Shown here in pieces: positions 39,065 through 49,486 of a stretch of 64,000 nucleotides of DNA (position 1 is its first letter; the number at the start of each line of letters is the position of its first letter). The stretch is from an uncultured bacterium (GTDB lineage Bacteria; Babelota; Babeliae; Babelales; Vermiphilaceae), in contig OY969699.1 in assembly GCA_963702025.1 (NCBI GenBank), positions 1,532,034 to 1,596,033 of the forward strand, given 5' to 3'. Made by a program: the position numbers and the translations under genes. The notes beneath the pieces are model-generated. The model did no database searches. It worked only from the letters and a program-made list of their open reading frames with translations, and was not told where the DNA came from.

Positions 39065-39808
39065 ATGAATAATCGTGTTATTGCTTTTATTATCGCCGTA
39101 ATTCTGGCAATTATGACCAGTTACTGTCAAATTGCGGATCAACTTCCCTCGCTGCCCGTGCCACCTGTCATGGAGCAACCGCAAGTAATGCCGGCCCAAC
39201 CAGTAAGAATAATACCACTAGAACAACAGCAATCCCAACCGACGCTCGTTACGGTCATAGAAGAATCACCCATCTTACCGGAACCACCTAAAATGGAAGA
39301 ACTAAGACCCGCTCCTCAAGAAGAATTAACCCGAAATGGTATCAATATCGGACTTTCATCCCAAGTTCGTCAAAAAGTTGCAACGCTACTCAATAAATTA
39401 CTTTCGGATGAATATGTTCTCTATACCAAAACGCTTAAATATCACTGGAACGTACAGGGTATTGTTTTCCATGATTTTCACGCCATGTTCAAAGAACAAT
39501 ATGAAGCACTCTTTGATATCGTTGATCTGGTTGCAGAACGTGCCCGTGCTTTAGGGGCACCTGCATTAGGAAGTTTGCAAGATTTTTCTGCCAATACGCG
39601 CTTAAAAGAGATCAATGGGCAAAATCTGAGCCCCGTTCAAATGGTTACCAATCTTCTGGCCGATCACGAATCAATAATTAGAACCGTACGGGTAGAAATT
39701 ACCACTACCGCGGAACTTGATGATCAAGGAACGAGCAATTTATTACAGGAAATAATTCTAAAGCATGAAAAGTTTGCCTGGATGCTACGCGCAACCCTTC
39801 AAAAATAG
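39065..39808 (+). CDS. Dps paralog with signal peptide and Pro/Gln-rich linker
   Basis: MNNRVIAFIIAVILAIMTSYC, a P/Q-rich segment, then YHWNVQG...VAERARALG...EKFAWML. Confidence 0.88.
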   Translation: MNNRVIAFIIAVILAIMTSYCQIADQLPSLPVPPVMEQPQVMPAQPVRIIPLEQQQSQPTLVTVIEESPILPEPPKMEELRPAPQEELTRNGINIGLSSQVRQKVATLLNKLLSDEYVLYTKTLKYHWNVQGIVFHDFHAMFKEQYEALFDIVDLVAERARALGAPALGSLQDFSANTRLKEINGQNLSPVQMVTNLLADHESIIRTVRVEITTTAELDDQGTSNLLQEIILKHEKFAWMLRATLQK

Positions 39809-39916
39809 ATAAATTTTGGGGCCTTTTTGCCGTATTTCAAATTGTCTGAATCACTCTTTTTTGCTAGACTTGCGGTGACATAAGCATAGTAATCAATAAA
39901 AAGAGAATAGCCCATC

Positions 39917-41398
39917 ATGACACAGTTATTTAGTATTCTCCTTGTATCAGTATCCATTTTTTTAACAGCAAACCCAACCAAGGAAAATAACTCCGCAAAA
40001 TTCACCCACCAGTTAGGCTTTTGCTCACTCAAAAAAGAATCACATAACCAAAAGTTAACGGTGCATGGATCAATCCCGGAATGGCTCAATGGATCATTTA
40101 TCAGTATCGGTCCGGGCGAATTTGAAATAAATAATACGGTTGCTCAAAACTGGCTGGATGGATTTGGTATGATTCACCAGTTTGCCATTGCCAAGGGAGC
40201 AGTAAGCTATAGCAACAAGCTCGTTAATTCCGCTTATTATCAAGAATGCTGCAAAACCGGCAAAATACGCGGCAGCAAACCGGAGCAAAAAAAATCAACC
40301 TGGTCAAAGTTAACCTCAGCCGTTACTAATGCGCCGCGGCCAGTTTATGATAATGCCAACATAACCGTTCAGCGCTTTAATGATCAATTGATTGCGGCAA
40401 CTGAAACGCCTCACTGCATTAAAATTGATCCGCGTACCCTTGAAAGCAAAAGTGGCTACGCGTTTGATGATAAACTCGATTACCATTTTTGTGCCGCACA
40501 CTCACTTTTTGATCCTGCAACACAAGAATGGTTTGGCCTTGGCATACAATTTGCTCACATGAGCAACTATATTATCTATAAAATGAATCAAAATTGCGCC
40601 AAGCGAACAGCTTTGGCAACCATCCCGGTTGGTTACCCGGCGTATATGCATAGCTTCGCCCTCACTCAAAATTACATCGTCTTGACCGAACATCCGTATG
40701 TAGTGAGCCCATATGATCTTTTGCTCAGTGATGATTCATTTATCGATAACTTTATCTGGAAACCCCAAAACGGCACCACTTTTTTGGTGTTTGACCGTAA
40801 AACAGGTAAGAAAATAGGCAGTTTTAAAACTGATGCTTTTTTTACGCTGCATCATGTTAACGCGTTTGAAAAAGAGAATACTATCATTATCGATCTGATT
40901 GCCCATAAAGATGCCGAAATTCTTATGAGAGGATTTAATTATAAAGATCTGTGCAAGGGCAAATATTATAGATCGTTGGCGCACCTTAAAAGATATACCC
41001 TTGACCTAAAAACCAATAAAGTTACCGGGACGCTAGTAACATCACATATATTGGAACTGCCACATATAAATAGCACGCGATTAATGCATGATTACCAATA
41101 TTTGTATGGAACAACCGGCGAACATGCTCTTGCAAATCAACTCATTAAATTTGATCTTCACTCAAAACGGCATCTCACGTGGCACGCTAAAGATTGTTAC
41201 CCAACAGAGCCTATTTTTGCCGCAAAACCTCATGCAAAAGATGAAGATGATGGCGTGATACTTTCAACTGTCTTAGATTGCCATAAAGGAACCTCTTTCT
41301 TGCTGGTGCTTGATGCAAAAACAATGAAAGAGTTAGGGCGGGCATACGTGGCGCATCACATCCCATTTACCGCCCATAGCAAATTTTTTAAGGAGTAG
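39917..41398 (+). CDS. Carotenoid oxygenase (RPE65/CCD family) with signal peptide
   Basis: GSIPEWLNG, CAAH, YMHSFALT, FFTLHHVNAFE, EPIF, EDDGVIL, IPFTAH (four Fe-binding His). Confidence 0.9.
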   Translation: MTQLFSILLVSVSIFLTANPTKENNSAKFTHQLGFCSLKKESHNQKLTVHGSIPEWLNGSFISIGPGEFEINNTVAQNWLDGFGMIHQFAIAKGAVSYSNKLVNSAYYQECCKTGKIRGSKPEQKKSTWSKLTSAVTNAPRPVYDNANITVQRFNDQLIAATETPHCIKIDPRTLESKSGYAFDDKLDYHFCAAHSLFDPATQEWFGLGIQFAHMSNYIIYKMNQNCAKRTALATIPVGYPAYMHSFALTQNYIVLTEHPYVVSPYDLLLSDDSFIDNFIWKPQNGTTFLVFDRKTGKKIGSFKTDAFFTLHHVNAFEKENTIIIDLIAHKDAEILMRGFNYKDLCKGKYYRSLAHLKRYTLDLKTNKVTGTLVTSHILELPHINSTRLMHDYQYLYGTTGEHALANQLIKFDLHSKRHLTWHAKDCYPTEPIFAAKPHAKDEDDGVILSTVLDCHKGTSFLLVLDAKTMKELGRAYVAHHIPFTAHSKFFKE

Positions 41399-41400
41399 TC

Positions 41401-41823
41401 ATGATTACTATTATATTTGGCGCAATCACCAACAATACCAATTCTACGGTTCTTCTGTATGATTATGAATATAAAAAAGGAACCATTGCTGAAAAAAAAT
41501 TAATTGCCACTATCGAAAGTGGCCAAACTAGGACCTCTGATGCTCCCATTGCTCTCAATTGGGTAGACACTATGATCGCAAGCGGTTCATTTATCGTGCA
41601 GCGCGCATCGGATGAAGGCATTGAACTATTACTAAATATCACTTGGGGCGAAGCTCTTTTTATTGATATGACAGCACAAAATCAGATTTCCGATCACATA
41701 ATTGATTTGCCTACCATTGTTAAAAAAATAACGGCAACAAAAAACAGCTGCGCAACAATTGATCTTATCCTTGCCGGTGATCAATTTGAGCAATCAACAA
41801 TTGCTACCACTAATTGCCAGTAG
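41401..41823 (+). CDS. Hypothetical protein, similar to the domain in 44449..45030
   Basis: Starts 2 bp after the oxygenase stop; NNTN and IDLILAGDQFEQS resemble KNKTN and IQLTLDGENLENS. Confidence 0.55.
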   Translation: MITIIFGAITNNTNSTVLLYDYEYKKGTIAEKKLIATIESGQTRTSDAPIALNWVDTMIASGSFIVQRASDEGIELLLNITWGEALFIDMTAQNQISDHIIDLPTIVKKITATKNSCATIDLILAGDQFEQSTIATTNCQ

Positions 41824-43801
41824 TTATCGTGAGAGCCTGTGGCCCTTGTTTTTGGCGCATTTTTTCCAGCATTGACGGCTGTCTTTGCGGCCCTAATATC
41901 TGAACCTGCACGTTTTCGTGCTTTGGTGTCACTGCCGTCCAGTTTTCCTCTTCTTCAAGCTCTGCCAGTTCTTCCTCAGATTCTGCTGGCGAGAGTGGCT
42001 CTTCCTCATTTATTTCTTGTTGCTCGGCAAGCTGCTCTTGAGCCGCTTGTGCTTGCTGTTGTTCTGCCATTTTTTCTTGTTCAATAACCGTACTCATAAT
42101 TGCCGGTTGTTTTTGCTCTGTTCCCATTTTTTCTTTTTCTTGTATTGTTTCCAATAATTCAACCGCTTTTAGTTGGGCAGGACTTGCGCCGGGAGCTCTT
42201 TTGGTAGTTTCAATAACGGAGGCTACTGCCGGCGCGTTAGAGAGCGACAACATTTCTTTGGTGGCCTCAGGACAATATAATAGCTTTTCTTGGCCGGGAA
42301 ATTTTGCAAGTGGCGTTCTCATTTGGCTCGCTTTTAATGCCTTTTCATCTAACCCCGAATCGTTTCTGGCAATACGCACATTTTTCACTAAATAATCGGA
42401 GAATTTGTTCTCATAATCACCCGGATTCTGGGGGCTAATGTTAAAGGCAAGGAAGTTACCTTTGGTAGTTTTTGGAACATAGGTATAGGTAAATTGGGGC
42501 GGCAATCCATCCAATTCCGGAACAGTGTCAGTGCATAATGCAACGCGGGATCGCGCGTGGAACAGTTCCCCACGTACAAACAAACCGGCAAGTGTTGAGA
42601 GTGGTGTTAGGAAAAATAGTTGCCGCTCGGGGCTATCAGGTATTAAATAATTTGCTTTATCAATCAACAATCCATATCCAATAAATGATTTTTTCATCAT
42701 ATATTTAAATGCCATAGCATCAATATCATTGCGTCCGGCAAATAAACTATTACCATAAGAATTTGAATAATATTTAGCCAAAATTGAAACCCCCGTACCG
42801 GTCGGCTCTATCGATAATTTAATGGTGGCATCAATAAATTTTTGATCCGGCACATCATTATATTCAGCAGCCGTCATTTCAGTTTTATCAGTAAGTGGAC
42901 TTGAATACCGGTTTGTTCCGCGCCAAATTATTTTTTTGTTATTCTTCTGCGCATCAAAATCAAGAGCAACTGCACCCTGAAGCAATTGTTTTCCTTGATC
43001 ATGAAAATGAGCAAAGCTTAACCTACTTGAAGCTTGCGAGAGTCTTAACACATTGCCTGAATCACGCCCATCATACATTTCATCCATCAAAGCAACGGCA
43101 AGCTTTTGGGCCGCGGGTACATTTAAATCTTGGAGATTGAAATTGAGTCGCGTTACAATTTTATTGTTCACAGAAAAATAGAGATCTTTGATGCCATCAA
43201 GATAATTGCTAGACAAGAAGCTTAACAAAAATAGCTTAAGGTCCCCATTGCGTGAAGCGATTTGAGCAAGCTCAGTAAGCTTCTCTACATCATTAAGAAT
43301 CTTAGCTTGTTCTTTATCCGATATTTTATTAAGCGTTAGCAGCGCAAACATTTCAAACAATGTTGTGGGAACATAAGCGATTCCAAAATTGGCATTGATC
43401 TGTTTCATTTTAGATTGTATAAATTCTTGTTCTTTGGTTGCCAGCGAAGATTTTTCATCACCAAGCGGATTTAAAGAGCCTATTTTTTGTAAAATGTCAG
43501 TTGCTACTTTAAGATCGGCGTTGATATATTTCTTTTCATCACCCTTAAGTTTTTTATACTCACCAATTTTCTGATTAAATTCTGCAATACTTGCAGCATT
43601 ATAGCTATAGGGATTACTGGTAAGTGGAAATTGATAACGCATTAAAACCGGGTATACTTGCGCAAATTCTGCTTGATTCAAAGCACTTTTTTGCCCTTGA
43701 GAATCTGTCTTAAAAACAAGATATTCAGCATTTATCTGGCAAATGCTCATACTTATTAAGAAAATTGCGATTACTGAGTAATAATGCTGAAAAACATTCA
43801 T
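41810..43801 (-). CDS. Hypothetical secreted protein with acidic Gln/Glu-rich C-terminus
   Basis: 663-aa ORF; signal peptide ending INA. Confidence 0.75.
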   Translation of the reverse strand: MNVFQHYYSVIAIFLISMSICQINAEYLVFKTDSQGQKSALNQAEFAQVYPVLMRYQFPLTSNPYSYNAASIAEFNQKIGEYKKLKGDEKKYINADLKVATDILQKIGSLNPLGDEKSSLATKEQEFIQSKMKQINANFGIAYVPTTLFEMFALLTLNKISDKEQAKILNDVEKLTELAQIASRNGDLKLFLLSFLSSNYLDGIKDLYFSVNNKIVTRLNFNLQDLNVPAAQKLAVALMDEMYDGRDSGNVLRLSQASSRLSFAHFHDQGKQLLQGAVALDFDAQKNNKKIIWRGTNRYSSPLTDKTEMTAAEYNDVPDQKFIDATIKLSIEPTGTGVSILAKYYSNSYGNSLFAGRNDIDAMAFKYMMKKSFIGYGLLIDKANYLIPDSPERQLFFLTPLSTLAGLFVRGELFHARSRVALCTDTVPELDGLPPQFTYTYVPKTTKGNFLAFNISPQNPGDYENKFSDYLVKNVRIARNDSGLDEKALKASQMRTPLAKFPGQEKLLYCPEATKEMLSLSNAPAVASVIETTKRAPGASPAQLKAVELLETIQEKEKMGTEQKQPAIMSTVIEQEKMAEQQQAQAAQEQLAEQQEINEEEPLSPAESEEELAELEEEENWTAVTPKHENVQVQILGPQRQPSMLEKMRQKQGPQALTITTGN

Positions 43802-43995
43802 AGTAAAACCCTTTTTCTACTTTATATTATATTCTATTTGAATTATATCATAGAAAGAGAGGGCAAAACAAGAGTTTTTTGAGCAGGCTTAGAAGGGCAA
43901 AGTGCTAATTTTTATACATTGCCTTCTGGCTCAATGGCCCAACACATTTTTCATCAAAGGCAGCGACGTGAATAGAAAGATTAATTTTGTATACA

Positions 43996-44292
<297 letters not shown>

Positions 44293-44448
44293 TTATCAAA
44301 TTTACCACCTTCCCCAGGCATTTTTCCCTGGAAAAATAGCTAAAACCCTGAACTATTGCATTCTAAGCCCCTTCCTTTGTTATAATTACAATTAGAAATA
44401 GCCCAATGGTTGAGCTATAAAATACTCTATGTACAAAAAGGATACAAA

Positions 44449-45030
44449 ATGAAAAATAGTATAATTTATACCTTAGCAGGAATTTTATTGGGACTTTTTA
44501 TGGGTTCCAGCCTCACTGCTATGAGCGCCTTTGATGAGTTTAATTTTTCCCCCGAACAACAGCAGATATCAGCCAAAAATCAACCCGGGCAAACATTATT
44601 AACGTATGTAAAAAATAAAACAAACAAAGACTATGTAATTTTTGTTAATGATAAACCATTTGCTCGAATTCCCAAAAATAGTGACCAAAAATTAAATAAA
44701 CCAATCTCTTGGGATATCAAAAAGGGACAATATTTTATTAAATTGAATGTATATTCTCCGGAAAATACCAACAATTCGTTAATTAGGGTGAAAATGGCGC
44801 GTGTTCCAACTTTTGATCATGACAGAAAAACGGTAACCGGTTTTCTTGCCAATGCCAGCATGAAATTTGGAAGTGAATATGGGGAAGGTTGGTTTCAAGG
44901 GTTTAGCGCAGGACCTCTTGAAAAAGACTCATATGTAATTCAATTAACGTTGGACGGTGAAAATTTAGAAAATTCCATAGCTGACTTTATTCAGTCAAAA
45001 AGTGGCACATCACCCCATCAAGCACAATAA
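44449..45030 (+). CDS. Hypothetical secreted protein
   Basis: MKNSIIYTLAGILLGLFMGSSLTA-M; AAGGA upstream. Confidence 0.7.
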   Translation: MKNSIIYTLAGILLGLFMGSSLTAMSAFDEFNFSPEQQQISAKNQPGQTLLTYVKNKTNKDYVIFVNDKPFARIPKNSDQKLNKPISWDIKKGQYFIKLNVYSPENTNNSLIRVKMARVPTFDHDRKTVTGFLANASMKFGSEYGEGWFQGFSAGPLEKDSYVIQLTLDGENLENSIADFIQSKSGTSPHQAQ

Positions 45031-45040
45031 CTACCGATGA

Positions 45041-45093
45041 TTAATTAAGAGTAAAAAGGCGGAAAGAAATTCCGCCTTTTTACTCTTAATTAA
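45041..45093. terminator. Bidirectional intrinsic terminator (perfect 24-bp stem)
   Basis: TTAATTAAGAGTAAAAAGGCGGAA-AGAAA-TTCCGCCTTTTTACTCTTAATTAA between convergent genes. Confidence 0.88.
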
Positions 45094-45099
45094 AAATTA

Positions 45100-46848
45100 T
45101 TATTTATAATAAGCCGTACCAACCACATAGCTGGTGCCATCTTTTTCAACTAAATCAATCAAGGCAACTCGTTCAAAGCCATTAATTTTGTAACTCACTT
45201 GACCAGGGCCTTGCTTTACGGTGTTGATAAACACTTGAATGTATGGCTTGCCCGCATCATCTTTGGCATCCATAATATTGCGCCAAATAAGCTCATACAT
45301 ATCGCCCCATACTTTGACCACGCCGTCAAAGCCAACAACAAAAGTAAACAGATCGCCACGCACAAATTTGCCGTTGGGATTGGTAAATTCACTAAACGCC
45401 TCTTCGCGCGAATGCGTTTCTAAGTAGCCGGCCGCGCTTCGTGATAATAAGAGCGCGGTTTCACGTTTTGAAATTGGGTATAATCCGGAGGCTATCACAA
45501 ACGAATCGGTACCTAGATCCACCGTTTCGACATAAATTGATTGGAATGCGTTGCGCAGTTTAAAATCCACCCAACCGCCGCCACTCTTTGCTTTTTCAAT
45601 GATTTCTTGTACAAACAGTTTACCATCTTCATCTTTGAGATCCCATTGGCTCACACCAATAGCATCAAGATTGGCACCATTTGCAATAACTTTGCCTTTC
45701 ATATCCCAGATCGTTAAATAGAGATCACCATAGCGGAAGGTGTCACTTTGGCGAGTGCTAAATTCATTCACGGCGGCAGTGAGCCCATGTTTTTTCATAA
45801 ATTCGTAGCCGTTTTTAACAAGGTCAACTGCCTTATTTGGAGTCGCGCCTGGGTAATAACCAGCCGCTATAAAGAATTCTCTACCATCCCTATCGGCAAC
45901 CTTTTCGGCGTACGCCATTTTTTTGGCATTTTTGGAAATGTATTCAATCCAAACACCATCAGTGGAATTCTTGAGTTTTTTTACTATTTCTTGATTTAAA
46001 AGCTTACCTTCTGAATCTCGCGCCATCCAAACGTTTGAGCCAATGAGCCCAGGGCGATCGCCATTCGCCATCATCTGCCCCTTAAAATCAAGAGCATACA
46101 GATAAAGATCGCCCATCACAAATCTTCCGGCCGGATAGCTCAGCGTGCTAAACACTTCGTCAACGGGGAACCCTTTTTCTATAACTACCTCATTAAAGTA
46201 AGCGGCAGCAGCTTTTACCAAACCGATTACAATATCATGTTTTGAATGAGGGTAATAGCCGGCGCCGATCGCATATTCCTTGCCATCTTTCACAAATGAG
46301 CGAATATAGGAATTTTTCGTTGCATTGCGCCATTGATAGACCACCCAACCGCCACCCTCTTTGGCTTTGTCGATAACCGTTCTAATAATATACGTGCCAA
46401 ACGGATCACGCATATCGATAACATTTCTCCAGACAAGCCGTTCATCTTGACCGTTGGCAAATTCAAAACCATTATAATCATAGACAAAAAGATAGAGCTC
46501 GCCACGGATGAAATCTCGTCCATGAGTAAATGCGCTCATGGCTCTATCAAAGGTATTATTATTTACAAATGAAATGGCCTCTTCCACAAGTTGAATAACC
46601 TGTTTTCTTTTTTGCTCGTCTTCCTCTTCACTTTCTTTTTCTTTACTTGCGAGCTCTTTAGTCATGGTATCGATAGTCTCAGATGCGGTCGCCTCACTAA
46701 TTGGCTCTTCATTCACGACCGCCTGAACATCCATGCATGTGTTCAGATCATTGCTGTGGCTACGTGAATTTTTATACAAAGAAAGCAGCAAGGGCAAACT
46801 CACCCCTGCTGCTATAATAATTGCTCCAAAACGGATATTGCTTTTCAT
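45100..46848 (-). CDS. Membrane-anchored protein with four tandem single-Cache (sCache_2-like) domains
   Basis: Four repeats: GELYLFVYD/GDLYLYALD/GDLYLTIWD/GDLFTFVVG, each ending GAGYY/AAGYY/ASGLY/GTAYY; one N-terminal TM. Confidence 0.85.
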   Translation of the reverse strand: MKSNIRFGAIIIAAGVSLPLLLSLYKNSRSHSNDLNTCMDVQAVVNEEPISEATASETIDTMTKELASKEKESEEEDEQKRKQVIQLVEEAISFVNNNTFDRAMSAFTHGRDFIRGELYLFVYDYNGFEFANGQDERLVWRNVIDMRDPFGTYIIRTVIDKAKEGGGWVVYQWRNATKNSYIRSFVKDGKEYAIGAGYYPHSKHDIVIGLVKAAAAYFNEVVIEKGFPVDEVFSTLSYPAGRFVMGDLYLYALDFKGQMMANGDRPGLIGSNVWMARDSEGKLLNQEIVKKLKNSTDGVWIEYISKNAKKMAYAEKVADRDGREFFIAAGYYPGATPNKAVDLVKNGYEFMKKHGLTAAVNEFSTRQSDTFRYGDLYLTIWDMKGKVIANGANLDAIGVSQWDLKDEDGKLFVQEIIEKAKSGGGWVDFKLRNAFQSIYVETVDLGTDSFVIASGLYPISKRETALLLSRSAAGYLETHSREEAFSEFTNPNGKFVRGDLFTFVVGFDGVVKVWGDMYELIWRNIMDAKDDAGKPYIQVFINTVKQGPGQVSYKINGFERVALIDLVEKDGTSYVVGTAYYK

Positions 46849-46884
46849 TACCTACTCCCTTTCAAACTAGATAGAAACCATTGA

Positions 46885-47589
46885 TTAATTTTCTCTTCGT
46901 CTACCCATAAACTGCAAGAGATAGAGAAAAAGATTCACAAAATCAAGATAGAGGGTCATCGCGCCAACAATGGTTACTTTGGCCATTGTTTCTTTGTCTT
47001 CGAGCATATCTTGGGTCATGCGCTTAATTTTTTGCACATCATAGGCAGTTAAAAGAGTAAAAACCAAAACACCGATGGCAGAAAGCACATAATTAAATTT
47101 TTCACTATGCAAAAACATATTAACAAAACCACCAATAATCAGACCAATAAGGGCCATAAATAGAAAGCTACCCATTGAGGTTAGATCTGCTTTGGTCACA
47201 TAACCATAAATGGCCATCGCACCAAACATCCCTGAAGCCACTAAGAAGGTGCTAAAAATTGATTGCAAAGTAAACGCAATAAAAATAACTGACAATGTGA
47301 CGCCCATAGAAAGAGCAAAGAGAGAAAATAAAATAACTGCACTTGAAAAAGTCATCTTTTGAATAAATGCACTTAATGCGATCACTAAGCCAATTTGAAT
47401 CAGAAAGAGAACCATTGGAATAATAAAAGAATGATCATGGAAAATTAGTTTCATGATAGCCGGAGATGAAGCCACATAATAGGCGGTTGCTGTAGTAAGT
47501 AGTAATCCATAGCACATCCATGCATACACCCGATACATTAAATTAGTCTCGCGTGCATAATAAATAGGTTTAGAGTAGTTATCTGACAT
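46885..47589 (-). CDS. Bax inhibitor-1/YccA family membrane protein
   Basis: VYAWMCYGLLLT, TKADLTSMG, AYDVQKIK, AMTLYLDFVNLFLYLL. Confidence 0.92.
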   Translation of the reverse strand: MSDNYSKPIYYARETNLMYRVYAWMCYGLLLTTATAYYVASSPAIMKLIFHDHSFIIPMVLFLIQIGLVIALSAFIQKMTFSSAVILFSLFALSMGVTLSVIFIAFTLQSIFSTFLVASGMFGAMAIYGYVTKADLTSMGSFLFMALIGLIIGGFVNMFLHSEKFNYVLSAIGVLVFTLLTAYDVQKIKRMTQDMLEDKETMAKVTIVGAMTLYLDFVNLFLYLLQFMGRRREN

Positions 47590-47625
47590 AATTGTCTCCT
47601 TATGACATTAAAGTAATTATATTTT

Positions 47626-47654
47626 AAGATAATCGCGCAATTATCGCTTGTCCA
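47626..47654 (-). promoter_or_regulatory. Putative sigma70 promoter for the BI-1/YccA gene (duplicated at 49570-49598)
   Basis: Minus strand TGGACA-N17-TATCTT. Confidence 0.45.
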
Positions 47655-47702
47655 ACAATTTTAACCTCTTTTCTTGCACTGTAAAACCAACCTGATACGA
47701 GA

Positions 47703-48509
47703 TTATGTTATTATCGCTCTAAAGAGCTTATCCCCTTTGATTAATTGCTCATCGCTTATAATCACCGGTCCATAATCCTTTGGTTGCTCAGATAGTAATG
47801 ATACAATAAAAGAATCAATAAGGGGGCTGCGTGAAATTTTTTGTTCTTCTTGTGCCGTTGCTTTTATAGCAATCATTTCATCGATTGTATGTTCTAGTTT
47901 TGAATCTTTAATCAGTGCGCATGCAAGAGAATGCATATCCATCGGAGGCACTGAGTTAAATTGATTAAGCCATTGCAACATAAGAGCAGGTCGTAAACCA
48001 TAACAATAAAGCTTGACCTTTACCTGATGTGGATCTTCTTCAATTTGTCTCCAGGCATTAAAAGCAAGTTTATAATAATGATTTTTTATCAAATCCAGAT
48101 TTGCATTTTCTTTGCAGAATTCAAATAATGCTTGAATCGAACTTTCATCAACTCCATATTGTATTGGAGACTGAATCCACTCAAAGAGAACAGGATTTGA
48201 TTTAATAGCCAGATATAATGCCTTACGAATATCCCATCCATTTAAGTCCTCAAGAGTACCCAACGAGGACTCATATTGTATCTGAGTTTCTATAACATCC
48301 CGAAATTCCTTTATTGAAAGATATTCGTCAGGATGGCGAGCATATATAAATCTTACATCATAATCACTATTGATTGAGGGAAAACCCCACGCACGACTAC
48401 CGGATTCTACAGCAAGCAAAATACGAATCTTATGAACTTGCGCAATTTCTTGTAATTTTTTTTGAATAATCGCCTTTGCAGCATTTGTAATGCTGGATGG
48501 TTGTATCAT
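47703..48509 (-). CDS. RlaP/YcgL-like Pol-beta-fold nucleotidyltransferase
   Basis: AVESGSRAWGFPSINSDYDVRFIY, DLNGWDIRKAL, SNPVLFEW. Confidence 0.88.
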   Translation of the reverse strand: MIQPSSITNAAKAIIQKKLQEIAQVHKIRILLAVESGSRAWGFPSINSDYDVRFIYARHPDEYLSIKEFRDVIETQIQYESSLGTLEDLNGWDIRKALYLAIKSNPVLFEWIQSPIQYGVDESSIQALFEFCKENANLDLIKNHYYKLAFNAWRQIEEDPHQVKVKLYCYGLRPALMLQWLNQFNSVPPMDMHSLACALIKDSKLEHTIDEMIAIKATAQEEQKISRSPLIDSFIVSLLSEQPKDYGPVIISDEQLIKGDKLFRAIIT

Positions 48510-49486
48510 AGATATGCCTTTTTAACCTGTTGCAAATAAAGATGCTCTATAAAATCATCAATAATCTTCTGATCATAAGTTTCTGGCAACAGCGAACATT
48601 TTTTTGCATCTTCAATTTGAGCAAGTAATTCTTCTATCTCTTGGGAAACCTCTGTAAAAGGGATTTTTCCTTGCTTTATTGCAAGCAAATGCTGCGCTTC
48701 TGGCCGTGGGAACGTAATATGTTGATATTTCAGAAACTCAAGAGCCTGATAGCCAATACGGACCGCATGTGAAAGAGCCTTCCAATCTACGCCTTCATTC
48801 AGAGCGGCAGCGCGTGCGCGCTGACCATATTCTTCTAGTAAATTTTGAACAATAGCACGAGCCGTTTTAATAGAGCTGGTAAAAAGAGCTCTTTTGCCTC
48901 CAATATCAAAATATTCGATCTTGTTTCCCGTTAATGTGTCTTGAACGCCTAATTTAAAAGCCTCATTCTGTACAGCAAATTCTTTTAAGGTATTGGCTAT
49001 TTGGTTTAGCTTTGAAGAAGGTCCATACTGTACTTCTGCTTTTAGAAGAATCTCAAGAAGGCGTTGTGCTGTTTCTATACGGGCCCCCTTCATGCCATAT
49101 TTATTCGCCTGCACCTTGCAATAGCTTACAAAAGAAGCTGCTTGCTTTGTTAGAATTTGAGAAGCTAAAGATTGTATAGATTTCCATATAGGAGATGTAT
49201 CAAGCAATGCACTTTCTGGCGCATAAAGCATGTCTAATGCCACCATTTGACCCTGAGAAAGTAGCGAAAGAAATTTTGTCGGGCTATACAATTCATAATC
49301 GACATCATGCGCAGTATTTTTTTCACCGAAAGCTTTTGTTCTTTTTTGATACACTACCGGTTGAACTTGCTGCAAAAGTATATCTCTGGCACTTGGTAAA
49401 TAAATACCTTTAATATCAAGATCTGATTGTTCGGTCGCAGTACCATAAAGATGCGAACCGTAGGTGATAAGAACAATGACATGCAT
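48506..49486 (-). CDS. RlaP-like (phage-type) nucleotidyltransferase
   Basis: GSHLYGTATEQSDLDIKGIYLP, GVDWKALSHAVR, LLAIKQG; start moved to MHVIVL at 49486. Confidence 0.85.
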   Translation of the reverse strand: MHVIVLITYGSHLYGTATEQSDLDIKGIYLPSARDILLQQVQPVVYQKRTKAFGEKNTAHDVDYELYSPTKFLSLLSQGQMVALDMLYAPESALLDTSPIWKSIQSLASQILTKQAASFVSYCKVQANKYGMKGARIETAQRLLEILLKAEVQYGPSSKLNQIANTLKEFAVQNEAFKLGVQDTLTGNKIEYFDIGGKRALFTSSIKTARAIVQNLLEEYGQRARAAALNEGVDWKALSHAVRIGYQALEFLKYQHITFPRPEAQHLLAIKQGKIPFTEVSQEIEELLAQIEDAKKCSLLPETYDQKIIDDFIEHLYLQQVKKAYL

